A stretch of 64,000 nt of DNA from Leidyana gryllorum EB-2025a (Eukaryota; Protista; Apicomplexa). Position numbers and translations under genes: made by a program. Numbering within the stretch: the stretch's first letter is position 1; each line of letters opens with the position of its first letter. Where the stretch lies: contig JBLWGC010000180.1 in assembly GCA_048772705.1 (NCBI GenBank), positions 92,709 to 156,708 of the forward strand, given 5' to 3'. Below the pieces are notes generated by a model that saw nothing but the letters and a program-made list of their open reading frames with translations, did no database searches and had not been told where the DNA came from. Shown piece after piece: positions 1 through 12,060 of this stretch.

Positions 1-1360
1 AGCAGAATGCTGTGGCACAGCCCAATAAGATTGCCACCACGGAGACATTCATTCCTTTGTGGATATACTTCGACGACAGGTGCCCAGCAACGATGCTTGA
101 CAGGACAAGAAGCAACAAAATCAGAAGCCCATAGTTCATGATGCCGTCCCGTTCCTGACTGGACATGAGCGTATGAGAGCTGGACGTGAGGACGGAGCTC
201 TTAGACATTCCAGAGTTGTAGTCACCCACATCGGGGGTACGAGATCTGCCACCAAAAAGCCCAGATCCGCCTAGGCTATAATGATGTCGGTTGGCGTGTA
301 TGTGGTGTCCCTTCGCGTCCACACTCCCCTCGCCAGGCAATGACACTGAACCGGTCACGAATGAACCCGGTGGTTCGTCGTAAGGATGATATCCGGCAGC
401 TCTCCAATGTTCCTCTGGATGGGGGATTGATGGATCATACAATCCCGGCTCGGGGGCCAGATGGACGGCACCCTCAACAGCCTGCAGAGTGCTAACGGCT
501 TGATAGTCTCTCCCAAATGGCCACCACATTTGCCAATCTTTCCATGACTTCTTCTGCTCGTTGTCAAGGGAGACATCGTCTCGCACTTCGATATCCGTGC
601 GATGGATCTCAACGTCATCTTGGTCGTCCACCGGATCTCTCGAGATCATTGAGTGACGTTTGGTCTTGCGATTTGTGCGGGCGGAATGTACTTCATTGTG
701 GTCGACTGTGTATGGAAGTCGATCATGAGGGTAACAGCAGTGATTGAGCTTACCATCGTCAACTGAGTTGTGCAAACCTTTGTCTCTTGGGCTGCGTTTA
801 TGACTATCCGCCCTGTTGTGGTAATATCGACCGTACGGCTCATGCAGACCTGCAGTGTCGCCATGACGCTGTTCATGGTCATCGTCATCATCGATCATCA
901 CATGACCGTGTGACTCATGGCCATCTCCTGCATGATGATCAGTAGGCGTTCGAGCTCCCAGTCCAACAACCCCATCGGCCTGGTTTGCTTCGCCCATTCC
1001 ACTTCTCGATGCCACCTCGTCAAGGGGCCTACTGTCTCGATGATATCCTCGGCCCCTGCGGGATCCGTCGAGACCGAAGGGGTAGTGAAGATGAGGATCA
1101 CCCTCTGAATCCACTATGCTGTCATACTCCTCCCTCCTATTACGGGGTGCATCTTCTTGTGAGCCGTCTCCAAAACTTTCTTCGACGACCTTCCTTGAGA
1201 ATTCAGGTCGACCATGACGAGGGTACACACGGTCGTCGATTAGATCGGGCGGATGATTCTGGGTATGATGATGATGATGTTTTCTCTCCCCCCAGAGTCG
1301 ACTTGGTCTATCAGAGAGATGCAGTGGAGGATGATGTTCCGAAAGAGTGGCGTGTGACAT
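1..1360 (-). CDS. Na+/H+ exchanger (CPA1/NHE-NHX type), 5' part with long His/Asp-rich N-terminal extension; runs off the window's left edge
   Basis: Manual translation gives an open minus-strand frame from ATG 1360 to position 1 (absent from the ORF track because it has no stop). It ends ...NYGLLILLLLVLSSIVAGHLSSKYIHKGMNVSVVAILLGCATAFC, resembling NHX/NHE TM1-2 (…CIVLGHLL…MNESITALLIG). The start codon is uncertain. Confidence 0.7.
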   Translation of the reverse strand, partial: MSHATLSEHHPPLHLSDRPSRLWGERKHHHHHTQNHPPDLIDDRVYPRHGRPEFSRKVVEESFGDGSQEDAPRNRREEYDSIVDSEGDPHLHYPFGLDGSRRGRGYHRDSRPLDEVASRSGMGEANQADGVVGLGARTPTDHHAGDGHESHGHVMIDDDDDHEQRHGDTAGLHEPYGRYYHNRADSHKRSPRDKGLHNSVDDGKLNHCCYPHDRLPYTVDHNEVHSARTNRKTKRHSMISRDPVDDQDDVEIHRTDIEVRDDVSLDNEQKKSWKDWQMWWPFGRDYQAVSTLQAVEGAVHLAPEPGLYDPSIPHPEEHWRAAGYHPYDEPPGSFVTGSVSLPGEGSVDAKGHHIHANRHHYSLGGSGLFGGRSRTPDVGDYNSGMSKSSVLTSSSHTLMSSQERDGIMNYGLLILLLLVLSSIVAGHLSSKYIHKGMNVSVVAILLGCATAFC

Positions 1361-1425
1361 CGCTAATGTGGGAATTCCAAGGTATAGGAAAGGCCCATAG
1401 AGTTTTGTGTGGCACAAAAAAAAGA

Positions 1426-2684
1426 TCAACCTTGAGAGCGCTGTACATGAAGGAACGTGGCGATGCCGGGGGGGGGCATGGAATGGGTCAATGACATAGT
1501 GGGACGGGAAAGGCCACGTGGGAAGTAAACTGGTCTGGTTGAGGCCAGGACCTCTTCACGAACGGCTGATACGCGCTGCCAAGCAAATCCTCGACGGAGC
1601 AAAGCTTGAGCACCCGCGACCCCCGAGGGCTGCTCATGCGATTGAGGGGAGACGGTGGTGTTATGGGTAAAGACAGAGTCGCGACGGGCAGCGACAACCT
1701 GCCTTTCGACTCTCTGCAACATTCTGTAAACCAATCGGGATGAGGGGGAGCTGAACTGGCCCTCCGAGGGCGCTTGGGTGGCCACCGATGGCGTTGGAGG
1801 AGATAAGGTCGACTCCGAAATTCGGAAGGTCCGCATCACCACATCTAGTACTGTCTCAATATCCTGTAATGCCTTCTGTGCTATCGAGTCTTCTACACTC
1901 TTGCCAGACAACGGATCTTCGGGCACACTCTGCTGTTGTCGCAATCTCCATAAATCACGTCTCCGCTGTGAGCACACGTGTGTAGATCAGAATCATCGCG
2001 CGAACACACCCGAGCGCGAGCAGTATCGGCTCCGCGTGGTTCCATACAGAGGAACAGGTTTACCTGAATGTTGCGAGAATGGTTCCGACGCCTATGAGAC
2101 GGGCTCTCTTCCTGATCCACAGTTGCGACAAGCTGCTCAGCCGTGGCCAAATGATTCTGAGCGGCGAGCGCTAAAGACCTAAGCGAAGTCAACCGACTTC
2201 GGTAACCAAGCAGCAGGTGTTCTACCTTCCGCCGCTTGACTTCTTCATTGATTCGCGCGTGTCGCTCATTCGCTGTCTTGCGCCGTTCCTCAGCTATCTC
2301 TTTTTTCACACTCTCGAGCTCCATCGCCTGCTGACCCACACATTGCCGTAGGATATGCTCAAACCGGAAATTGTTGCGAGCGACGGACTCCTGCAGCAGC
2401 AGCAAATGTTAATTACTCGGACTCCATATGAGGGTCTCCACTGCTCAGTGGCAGGGAGGCGGACGAGCACTTTGTACACATAATCCCAAACCGACCTGTT
2501 CGTCTTTCAGTTCTGCTATTTTGTTGCGGAGGGCGCGCTCGGAGGTGATCACTTGTTTGAGAAACAGGATGACCTCTTCTTTGCGACTGGCCTGTAATCG
2601 ATCGGTTGAAGGTGTAGGAGGGCAGCTTGAGATAGACCCGCTGCGTTGAACTCGAGCTCCTAAAACATCAACTTTAGGTACCAT
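1426..2684 (-). CDS. Hypothetical coiled-coil protein, multi-exon
   Basis: Chained minus ORFs 2445-2684, 1893-2405 and 1426-1977 with heptad-like E/K/R/Q-rich segments. Confidence 0.5.
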
Positions 2685-2818
2685 CTAAAACCATTATCAG
2701 CTTGTGCGGGACAACGTACCATATTGGGCATGCTGGGAATTGAGTCATCATCCTCAGTACTCTCGCTACTGACGGTAAATGACACTCTTGCATCATCTCC
2801 ACTGCTGACGAGGACGGA

Positions 2819-5089
2819 GTGCATCCCCACCTCCAAACTTCTTTTACAATCGCCTTTTTGGGCGCAATGCAAGCAGGAGAGGGTGATCCAGCTCGCTCTC
2901 CAGTGATATGCAGTGTTCCATTCGTTGCCGAAGAGCCCCCACCTCGCACTCCGAGGTCGGAGATTGACTACATGGATCCCCATCGCCAACTGCGCCCGTC
3001 AATTCTAGCCGCAGCGTCCCAATTCCGACAAGCCCGACCCAACTCCTTTGATGAACACCTACCACCCCTACGAGCTCAGGATGTTTATTACCCCCTCCCT
3101 GACTTCGAGCTCACCGAGGATTTACGGAGCTCCTCGGCGGCCACCAAAAGCGTTGACACCGTCACTACACATACTACGTCGCTAGGGGCTCAATTACCAA
3201 GTTTGTACTCTACTGGAGGAGGCGTAACGCCTAGCGCCGCTTACTCTGCCTCCTTCTCGTTTCCCCCTGAAGCGGCTCCGCATCTCCTCCCGGTACTGCC
3301 ACCGCCGGTGGTTGTTCCCAATGTACCAAATATACCACTAATCAGCACGCCTGCCCTCAACCCCCGTACGGAGGCATCGAACAGACTCGTGCAGCGAGTT
3401 CTGGAACAGCGAACTCACCTTCCCCCCAATTCGACAGGGCCTTCGAGCACATCAAAGCCCACCATCGTTGCAAACAACCACATAAATGTCTCCCCAACTG
3501 CAATTCCTGCCCCGCTGGGGCTTCAGCCTGTACAGCGAGCATCGCAGGTGTACAAGCCTGCGGTACCTCAACAAGTCCCATCGGAATCGATACTGACATC
3601 GCAGGAAGGCCCCAAGCCCGGACTCGCTGCAACAATTTCCCAGCGCAATGCAACCTCGCAATTCTGCCCTTCAGAAAGTGTGTCAAATATCAAACGAGTT
3701 CAATCTGAGAGTGTGCCAAGCGTCACAGATGACATCATCAGTCTTGCTGACCTCGACCGTCACTTGAGCTCTCATCTCTCCTTATCGCAAGCAGGTGAGC
3801 CCAATCTCGTCCATGTTAGTGATAGCTGGGTGGGTGCGGTGGGGTCTCACGATCGCAGCTTTGCACATGACATGGGGTCAAAATATGTCTTGCAGAGAAA
3901 TCCAGTACTGTTACTCCCCGGAAAGCTCGAGGGATTCGACGACAAGGGTGAGTTGTTTTGAGCGATTTGACGTCTTTTCAGCCGTGGTCGGAACACTGCT
4001 GAGAAAGACGAGACCCGTAAGCGCCGGTCTCGCACCGTGAGCGACCGCAAGTCTCCCAAACCCGAGCCTCGAAAGCGTATGGGCCATTCTGCCAAACCCT
4101 CAAAAGACCGAAAACGTCGAGCACGGCGTGACAGCGATGAAGTCCAATCAAGCGGTTGGTCCACCGTCCTGAGCAGTGATGTTGGGTCATCAGTTTCAGA
4201 CGCTCGGCCATACAAGTACCTACCCCCACAGCCATATGCTACGGCCAACCAACTAGCCAGTGAGTCTTAAAGTTGTTCTTACATATCATTTTGCATTGCA
4301 GCGATGTACCCACCGATGCTGCCCTATGTGGGACCGTCCGTAGAGACATTGGCCATCACACCTGTGGCGTCTCGTTCAATGCTGACGTGCAATTCTGAGT
4401 TCCGAAAGCAGTTCCCGTTCGTATATCAAGGTCTTTGCAAGGGCATCATCGACATACAGCGTCTGATTGCACACGAAATCGTCATTCCTATCAAAGAAGA
4501 AGTCAGTCTCAAACGTTCAACAATTCGGTGGGTGTAACCTGGTTCCGTCCTCACCGTGAACATTTCTTCCCTCTTTCAGATCCCGCAAGGCTGTGACTGG
4601 GGCGATATGTGACTCGCTTTGGCGGAGTCTGCAAGGACGGTTCCCTGATCCCCTTGTGGCCCCTAAATTGATCCGCAAAATGGCTGATTACTTTTACGAC
4701 AAGATAGAGTTTGGTATACAGGATGCAGAAGATGAGCGCAACTTCTTGCAGTGGCTGTTTAGATTCGATGTTGACAATGCTATTGACCTTCGGCAGAACG
4801 TCACGCTGGTGTGTGGGAAGAACACTATCATCACCAACGTCGAAGGGAGTGGACGGCTGAAGCGGAGAAAAGGAGATTTCTTCGCGATGATGTCCCCCGA
4901 CAGTGTTACTCTCAACATCGAATGTGTCGTAAAGGTGGGCTCCCTGCTGGAAATCGTCGTGATATTATTCATTTACAGGCCCTATTCTTGAATGGAGGAC
5001 ATCTGTGTGAAATTAACAGTGATTCTATCTTCATCGATCGCGTCTCCGCTGGCACCAACCGCTTTGCTCGCCAATTCTTGGGTTTCTGA
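2819..5089 (+). CDS. Hypothetical protein (Pro/Ser-rich N-terminus, globular C-terminus), multi-exon
   Basis: ORFs 2819-3961, 4037-4270, 4304-4537, 4593-4991 and 4811-5089 joined by short GT..AG introns. The true start may be 2972. Confidence 0.55.
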
Positions 5090-5129
5090 TCACCTTTTTG
5101 GGTAGTGAGTGGCAAAAAAATCTAGTGCG

Positions 5130-8100
5130 ATGATGAGTCGGGTGAGGAATCGGTCCATTGGTGGCTCTTCGGACAGCGAAGCCCCACCCACTGATACCTA
5201 CGAAGTTGAGGAGTTGCGGGATTACCGCCGTCGTAATGGAGAAGTGAGTTATTCAATGTCTGCTGGTCAATCATGGACCACAGGATTTTTTTCTCATCAA
5301 ATGGAAAGGATATGGGGAGGAAGAATGTACTTGGGAACCGAGGGTGAGATTAAGGAGTGTCTTCAGTTGTGTATACAGAGATTCGCAGAGCAATCTTGGT
5401 TCCGATTTGAACGGGCAGATAGAAAAAGTAATTGAAGCTAAGCGGGCGACCAAGGCTGGCCGAAGTCCTAAACGCTCTCGTCTCGTACTCTCCAGTGATG
5501 AAGCTTCGGGTTCGGAAACACCTCAAGATCGCAAAGTCCGCCGTACAGATAGCGCAGAAGGTGACGTGTCGACAATCGATGAGGGCAATCTCTTACCGAG
5601 GCTGCTCAACAACAAGGTTGCTCGCACCGAGGGAGTGGAATTAAGCAGGTCGATCAGTGATGATGAAACTAATGAAATCACGACTAATTCGCCGAAACGC
5701 ATCACTCTCTTTGACATCAACCGGTGCGCAACACCTTCGTCGCCGGACGGAACCGGTGGAGGAGGATATGAGGCTGCAACGCAAGACGACGGGCAACACG
5801 ACAAGCCCTCCGACGAGCAATTACCTGATGGAGCTTTGTCTCCCAGTGGTTCTGCCCTACCAGATGTCAGCCCACTCAGCCCGTCTCAGATCACTGTTGA
5901 CAAAGCGGATCCCACCTCACCATCTACCTCCACGAATCCCGGCGGCGCAACACCGGTTGGAAGTGACGCACAGACAAGCACCGCGCCCCACTCTGCCCGC
6001 ACAGTCGACACTGTGGACACAGGAATCATGTCCGACACTTCGACAAGCGATCAGAGGTCACACCAGCAGCATGTCTCTGGACCGATGGAGACATCGGTAA
6101 TGTCCGATGGCGAGCAAAGTAAAGAAAACGGAGACAAGATAAATGTGCTAGACATCGACTCCTCTAACCCCCCATCTGACATAGAAGTGTCACGTGTAGT
6201 CCTCAAGGTCTCCTCAAGCTCGATGGACATGACCGGCCCTGGAGTGCAGGCTGGTCTCGAAGAGGTTGATCTTCAACCTCAATCATCTTTGCCAAGTGTC
6301 ACGGGCGACAGCGTTGATCTTCCCACTCCCGCCCAGTCGTGTGCAGAGCAGCCAGATCGCGTGGAGGCCCGGCCGCCGAGTAGAGGAAGAGGGAGTAAGA
6401 CTGCAGCAGCCAAAACAAGGCCTAGTGCGGGATCAGCACGTGGCCAACCTAGGTCTAGAAACGCGGCATCCAAATCTGGCCCTCGGACCACCAAGTCCGC
6501 CAAATCAGCAAGCACAAAGGATGACACGCTTGCCCCGTCACCGCCACCGCCACCCCAAAGGTCGGGGAACGACACCTCTGACATCTCCGTCGGCTTGTCA
6601 CACGAAGTTCCATTTGTGTCCCCCCCTACCTCTACTGGAATGATGCGAACACCATCTCGATTCCTGCCAAGTGGGGCTGGGGTCTTACCCGCCCTCTCTA
6701 CTCCCATCGGCTACCCACCAGCCATCGATTGTTCCATCAACGGATTGTATCCTCCTGGACAATGGCCCCAGCGGTACTCCTCACCCCCCTTGACGGCTGC
6801 CTCGCAGCTGCCCCCAGCCGGACCCTTCCGAGTTGAATATATTGGGGAGCCTCCTCAACGCGGCTCGACTGGTCTGTGGGTTTTGCTAAGATCCAACGAG
6901 TAAGCATTTTAGTTTGAAGAAGACACTTCACAATCCTTTGTTTCAGCGGTTCGGAACGTTACATACCCATTCACGAGGCCAGAAGAGATTTTCCTCGCGA
7001 GCTGTGCGATTATTTCATTCCTCGCATTCGGTTGCCTTAGTTATAGTTCTAAAGGACCAAAAAATGATCTCGTTTGATCATGAGGGACTTCAGGTGTCCC
7101 AAGTACCCAGATTGCTGATTGATGAGCGTGCTCTTAACCTGCGTGACCAAGAGCGCCGTCATGAGGCTCGAGTTGACCATTGTGTGCTGTGCAATACACT
7201 CGGCGGCTTAACTGTGAGGTGTGATTTATGTCTTGATCGGGCTCATGTTTTCTGCCTGTGCATTTTCGCACTTGGAAACCCCGAGGTGCGTACAATTTCG
7301 AAGTTGCTTGTACATCCTCTTACTGTTTCGCATTAAGTTGAACCATTTTCCTCCCTTCGGCTAACAGGACTTAGATTGGATTGGAGCACGATGCCCGCAA
7401 GTGGCGGACTGCAAAGATCGATTCAGCGACGACCCAGTCGCGCGCCAAATGTTCAGCGACCTCTATAAGGCTGCTAGAGCTCAAGGAACGGCAATGGTCA
7501 CCGGGAGTATGCAGACACCCACCTTTCTTTGCCCGGCCTGTGAAGCATCTCGACTGTCAGTGAGCGAGCGTGTGCAGGCGCATCAGCGTGTCTCATCCTT
7601 AATCAGCGGGACTTGGTTGAATGTGTTTATTGTGGCAGCGATCGATATCAAGGATCCATAGTGCGATGTCGCTCGCCTCGCTGCAGTCGAGGCATTCATG
7701 CTTTTTGTGCAACGATCCTGGATCGAAGAATGTATGGTGCCACTTTAGATGACGTAGTGTGGGTACGCGACGACAATGATCTCGAGAAAGAGTACCCTCT
7801 CCGAACATTGGCTGAGTGCTTCGGGGATCCGTCTGTCAATAATGCTGTCGTCTCAAATAACGTCGACTTGGCCTTCGACAGATGCAATCGGTCGGGCCGA
7901 TCTCTCGAGGAACAAGGGGGATACTATTGCCCAGAGTGTTGCACAGTGAGTATCACCCGCTATTTTGGCACTCTGACAATGTAGTCTCGAGTCGTCGACC
8001 TGAAATATAAGAGAGACGTCGAAACTATATTTCCCAACAAATGTTTCTACGTGCAAGACGAACTGTCGGACGAGGAACTGGCGCGCTTGCGGATCTGCAT

Positions 8101-10244
8101 GAGAAGTGAGAAAGATCGGATTCGAAGTGATGCATGGGCTGAGCAGTGGATTTGTGGCGACCGTTTCGCAGTTGACGAGGACACAGTGAAGTGGCAAACG
8201 GCGTCAGATCTCAGCCCCACACAAACTCATTCGAATGTTCCCGCGGAAGCGTACCCTTCTCCAGAGCAAAGCAGCGGACTGTCAGCACAGACCTTTGCTG
8301 TCTGTAGCTTGTGGTTTCGGAGAACCAAACTAAGTGTCAAAGACCGGGAAGAAGTCGATCAGTGGGCGAGAGATGGTGTCTTCCGACCGGACGAGGAGGC
8401 CCTTGTTCGATGCAACCTATTGCAGTCGGTGGTGCAAGACATTCTTAAGAGGCCTCCCGACCTCCCTTATCGTGAGAATGGTTCCCCCTCGCAGGGTCTC
8501 CCCCTTCAAACTGCGCGGAATGGTCGAGTGCCACGATCGAAACGACGAAAGATGGCGATGCCGGCTCCAAAGAAAGCGTCCCCAACTCTTCCTTACAACT
8601 TCACGCTACCGGGTGTGGGTCTCTTTGCCGCCTCAGCGGGGCCAAGTGAGCCTTCGTGGATGTACGAGACAGACATCGATGCGACTCCTGAGGTCCTCAC
8701 CGACACCAGCGAGCAAGATTCCGACGATGTGTATCAAAAGGGTCCTCCCGTTGTCGTAATCAAGCAGTCGAAACGCAGTGGTGCCAGAGCCAAGGGGCGT
8801 TGGAAGGAAAAAGTGGGAATCGGGAAATCGAGCACCACGTCACAGACTCCACCGCTCGAGAATATCACGTCGGTGGCAGACCAATGCAATCAGTTTCGAA
8901 GTAATCGCTCATACGTCAAATGGTTACAAGAGCATCTCAACTTTGAGCTTCTCCAGCGCTATGTGTTCAGCGCGCTCGCTCTCGAGTATGACCGAATTGC
9001 GTCCTCGGATTTAGCACCAGAGTTCCGAAGTTTATTCGTCGAACACTATGATCCCAAGAGTGTGATGCATCCGCTGTCGCCAAGTTGTCTTGCGCCTTTG
9101 GAGGAAGTGGTCCTCAGCGAGATTGGGTCGTGTGAAGTTCCTGCAAATCGGGGGGCTCGCGCGGGATGGTGTCGTCACGAGAGATTGCGAGAGATCATGT
9201 TGACAGGACGCCATATGCATTATGGAACGCCGCTGAGCCCGCCCGGCATGATGCGAGCTCTATTGCTGTTATATGAGAGGATGGAAGAGTTGTTTGGACG
9301 ACATCGATACCGATTACTGGCAAAGAAACCAGAGATGAGTCCGAAAGATGTCGGGCTGCCGACCAGCTGGCTTGACTTGTATGATCTGCACAAGTGCTGC
9401 ATCAAAGTGTGGAATGGTCGAGGCCATTTGGCCGAGATAGTGGACGGGGCACGGTGTGGTGTGCGCACTGTAAGTCACATTACATTGCCCTATCATCGTA
9501 TCTCCTTCCGTTTCAGTTGACTGATGCTGTGGTAGTATTGGAAGACGAGCACCGGGTGTTCTGCGACGACCTCGTTTACCATCCGCTTGTGGACTCCACT
9601 TTCAATACTACCGAGGACACACTCCGCTTCCAGAAGGACGAGATTACCTTTCGTATATACAAAGTGTTCGCCAGATTTGGATTCCTACCCCCCATCACGT
9701 TGGACAATAATCCCAGGTTTGGCCTCCCAGATACACTTTCTTCATCAGAGAGTTTCAGATTGGGGGTGTATGTGCGAGCGTCTCGGCCCATTCCTCCCTT
9801 CACCATCATTGGGGAATATGTCGGGGTGGTGGAGCCCCAGCGGTGGCATATTTCGAGAAACCTTCAAATCAGCGACTCCGTCTATGTAAGGAAGCGGGTG
9901 GACGTTTCTCTGTCGTCGACGGTGTTCTACAGGATATTGACACAAAGCATAACAGTCGCCACTCTTTATGTATCGTACCCGAGCCGTACACTAACTTTGG
10001 TGAGTCCTTTCCTATCGATATATTTGCGACGTTCACTTCTATTGAAGTGCGCTATATCGCGGGCATCAACAATACACGACAAAGCGATCTGGAAAAACGC
10101 AATGTGGACGCGGCTGCTTTTGTAATCGGGAGGGAGGTGAGGCTCTTTGTTTCAACACTGAAGCATATCAAACAAAATGATATTCTGTATTTGAACTACA
10201 ATGCCGGTTCGGAACCACTGTACCCCACAGAAGATTTTGAATAG
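5130..10244 (+). CDS. Chromodomain + PHD fingers + ATXR5/6/TXR1-like SET-domain histone lysine methyltransferase
   Basis: The spliced N-terminus YEVEELRDYRRRNGE/DFFLIKWKGYGEEECTWEPR/SNL is a chromodomain. Cys/His PHD-like motifs: CVLC..CDLC..HVFC; CVYC..CRSPRC..HAFC..CPEC. SET motifs: IIGEYVGVV and RYIAGINN...LYLNYNAGSEPLYPTEDF. Confidence 0.85.
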
Positions 10245-10246
10245 CT

Positions 10247-11128
10247 ATGAAATGTTTTTTGGACATGAAGTGGGGCTGGCTGGCAGTAAGTTGTGCGTCG
10301 GCAGTACCACTCAGGAGTATTCTGTCATTGGTCAGCTTTCCATGTGAGTCGCCCACGGTAGAGTGTAAGGAACGGTGTCGAAACTGCGAGATACCGGAAG
10401 GGTATCACCATCAAGTAGATCGTGTCTGGGAATGTCTCGCCAGGTTCAATATGACGGATTTCGGACATTGTCAGTTCCTGATCGATGCCGTAGATCATCT
10501 GTACGGCAGTTTGTGTTTGGGAATACCGCCTCATGATGGTCGCAGCAAAGCTGGTGGCGAGGACAGCATTCTGTTAGCAGACTCAGGTCAATCGCGGGTG
10601 GATCTCAATTCAGCTGACGATGTTATCTACCGACTGGACTATCCTCCCTTTATCGAGACTGAGGTGAGAATGACTACGCGGATTGGTGTGGTGCACGAGA
10701 CAAAAATTACATTGAACTGGGAATGTGAAGATGAAGACTCTGGAATCGACTTAGAATGGTCCGAGGGGATCACAAAAAGCATATTCGAACCTTCACCGTC
10801 GTGTGAGGTGGCAATTGATGATGTCCAGTGGCACCCACTCCCATCGCTTCCGTCGGAGACGCACTTTCAGGAGGAGACCGAACATGTTCACAATGATCTT
10901 TTCAACTTGACCGATTGGGCGGCCGGGAAAGCTGCTTTTATCGGGGTACAAGCACTTGCGCTGCAAATCAGAGTCAAGAACCCCGATAAATGTCACGTTG
11001 TCTCTGTCGGTAGTATCATGTCAATATATCATCAGTCGGTGGTAGATCCCAAGAGCCTAAATGGCTTCGTGGGCGACCGACATTTTTCCTCTTTCGGTTT
11101 ACTTTTGCTCTTGAACCTACTTTGGTGA
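10247..11128 (+). CDS. Secreted/GPI-anchored-type Cys-rich surface protein (paralog A)
   Basis: 293 aa intronless ORF with N-terminal hydrophobic signal, 7-Cys domain and hydrophobic C-terminal tail (SSFGLLLLLNLLW). Confidence 0.65.
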   Translation: MKCFLDMKWGWLAVSCASAVPLRSILSLVSFPCESPTVECKERCRNCEIPEGYHHQVDRVWECLARFNMTDFGHCQFLIDAVDHLYGSLCLGIPPHDGRSKAGGEDSILLADSGQSRVDLNSADDVIYRLDYPPFIETEVRMTTRIGVVHETKITLNWECEDEDSGIDLEWSEGITKSIFEPSPSCEVAIDDVQWHPLPSLPSETHFQEETEHVHNDLFNLTDWAAGKAAFIGVQALALQIRVKNPDKCHVVSVGSIMSIYHQSVVDPKSLNGFVGDRHFSSFGLLLLLNLLW

Positions 11129-12060
11129 TGTTCTCGCGTATTGTGACCCTCAGATTATTGGCTTCTTGTGCGGCTCTTCTCGTCACCCGAGATGACACTA
11201 TTTCATTTTCCTGCAAATCTCCGTCTGCAAGGTGCCAGCAGGCCTGCGAAGTAGAATGTGGCATGCGATCTCGCGGAATGACAACTCTGGACGGCCTTGT
11301 TGAATGCCTCGAGGCCATGTCCCGGGCTCCGTTTTACGGATGTGAATTCGCTGTTGAGGCGACAATGACGTACAAACTTCTGATGTGTCCAGGGAATCGT
11401 GACGGATCTCTACGTCTTAAAATACGGAGTGAGACCTATTCTGAAGTGGACTATGTCATTCCTGACCGCAATGAACTGCACTCATTCCTGGTGTGGGTTG
11501 AAACAGGATATTGCAGCAAAGATGTTTCACCCGTTATCGATCTTGCCGTTGAGAAGGGAAACCAGGTTACTCAAGAAACGCTACCTGTATGGCAGCGGAG
11601 GGCACCTCAACATCTGGCGTCGTTCAGTGGAGAGGCGACAGAGCTTGAGGCGAAATACTCGACCTCGCTGGAGTTAGGACCTTCTCCTCTCGTGATTGGA
11701 AGTACCGGGATGGCTAGTATTCAAGGGACAGACGATCCACCACTAAACGATGCGCTGGAGGCTGGGTGTTCTGCCGCCACTGTGACTCCGTTCAACAAAG
11801 TGGAGCCGGAAGACCTCATATTCACCTACCCGACAGGGATGGTGCTCAATGTCACTTCATGGGCTCAATCACTCACAGAGCCGCGAGTGGCCATCCCCAC
11901 ACTGTGGGAAATAAGTTCGAGTACTTGCTCCTTCCCCTTAAGAAATCAGTTTTACATCACTGCGGACCAAACCGCTTATATACGTATGGGCGCGACCGAC
12001 AGCGCCCCCGCAGCTCTCGCATTGGGGGTCACGGCACTGCTGGTGTCCGCTTTATATTAG
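11128..12060 (+). CDS. Secreted/GPI-anchored-type Cys-rich surface protein (paralog B)
   Basis: ATG overlaps the previous TGA (TGATG). Signal peptide MFSRIVTLRLLASCAALL, same Cys spacing as paralog A, GPI-like tail DSAPAALALGVTALLVSALY. Confidence 0.7.
   Translation: MFSRIVTLRLLASCAALLVTRDDTISFSCKSPSARCQQACEVECGMRSRGMTTLDGLVECLEAMSRAPFYGCEFAVEATMTYKLLMCPGNRDGSLRLKIRSETYSEVDYVIPDRNELHSFLVWVETGYCSKDVSPVIDLAVEKGNQVTQETLPVWQRRAPQHLASFSGEATELEAKYSTSLELGPSPLVIGSTGMASIQGTDDPPLNDALEAGCSAATVTPFNKVEPEDLIFTYPTGMVLNVTSWAQSLTEPRVAIPTLWEISSSTCSFPLRNQFYITADQTAYIRMGATDSAPAALALGVTALLVSALY

Noticed and set aside
355-1494. Short ORF-track calls on both strands
   Set aside because: They are alternative frames of the long open NHE frame.
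4304-5089. Faint TFIIA-like resemblance
   Set aside because: No convincing motif conservation.
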